In this document: positions 63,623 through 64,000 of the stretch, piece by piece
Layout of the letters: each line of letters begins with the position of its first letter
How positions within the stretch are numbered: position 1 is the first letter of the stretch
Origin: Candidatus Eiseniibacteriota bacterium
GTDB lineage: Bacteria; Eisenbacteria; RBG-16-71-46; CAIMUX01; VGJL01
DNA length: 64,000 bases
Direction of reading: 5' to 3'
Assembly: GCA_963792585.1 (NCBI GenBank)
Contig: CAWBWI010000001.1
Span: 544,001-608,000, forward strand
Translations under genes and position numbers: made by a program
Notes under the pieces: generated by a model
Database searches by the model: none
What the model was told of the DNA's origin: nothing
Seen by the model: the letters and a program-made list of their open reading frames with translations, nothing else

Positions 63623-64000
63623 ATGGGCCGCGCGCGGCTCGCGTTTCTACTCCTCCTGCTTCTCGCGGGGCGAACCTGGGGCGCAGCGGACTCGCTTTCC
63701 GTGCTCCCTTCCTGGGATCCGACCGATCCCGAGGCGGGCCTTCACCTGACGCCGCACGCGCTCGCGGTCGATCCTATCGGGCGCCTATGGGTCCTGGATC
63801 GATCCCGCGGGCGGATCCTTCGATTCCATGCCGATGGCGCGGGACGATCGCTCAACGTTGGTGGGCGCGAGGGAAGCGCCGCGGCGCCCGTCGCCGACCT
63901 GGGGGTCAGCGGGGCGTTCCTCTACCTCCTGGAGCCCTCCGGGCCCTCGATCGCGCTGCTGGATCTGGACGGGGCGTGGCGGGATCGGGTGGAGCTTGCG
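63623..64000 (+). CDS. NHL-repeat-like secreted protein, truncated by window end
   Basis: Manual translation: MGRARLAFLLLLLLAG...PHALAVDPIGRLWVLDRSRGRILRF. Confidence 0.65.
   Translation, partial: MGRARLAFLLLLLLAGRTWGAADSLSVLPSWDPTDPEAGLHLTPHALAVDPIGRLWVLDRSRGRILRFHADGAGRSLNVGGREGSAAAPVADLGVSGAFLYLLEPSGPSIALLDLDGAWRDRVELA

Overview
High-GC bacterial chromosomal window, most likely from an FCB-superphylum candidate lineage such as Ca. Eisenbacteria (inferred from the PorV-family gene, a T9SS-type C-terminal domain and the LPS heptose genes). Contents in order: (i) 1-8.6 kb, mostly secreted or lipoproteins, including three paralogous Cys-rich proteins ending in a shared [ST]WGx[VI][KR]xLYR tail and a lipoprotein fused to a tetraheme c-type cytochrome; (ii) a tightly coupled arginine operon argR-argG-X-argC-argD-argF'-argB-argE-argH, followed by tRNA-Arg(CCG), with no argA/argJ and a DUF1611-like gene X; (iii) a GGDEF protein, a metallopeptidase/TolB/Omp85 gene with waaF and gmhB, and a TPR + DUF4388 pair; (iv) asnS, a TolC-MacA-MacB-type exporter, uvrA, a dockerin-like tandem pair, a fourth WG-tail protein, gcvT-H-PA-PB and an orphan GlmL-like cluster; (v) a cold-shock gene, a large Ig-repeat lipoprotein, a sigma54/IHF-like promoter before a structured RNA candidate, and a porV-like / M6 protease / DUF5683-like / NHL operon. 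Genes in about 31-40 kb and 44-52 kb carry many frameshifts that look like assembly errors, so coordinates there are approximate. The best novelty candidates are the DUF1611-like gene filling the missing N-acylglutamate synthase slot, the WG-tail as a putative C-terminal sorting signal, and the sigma54-linked RNA. All family assignments come from motif recognition by eye; no searches were run.
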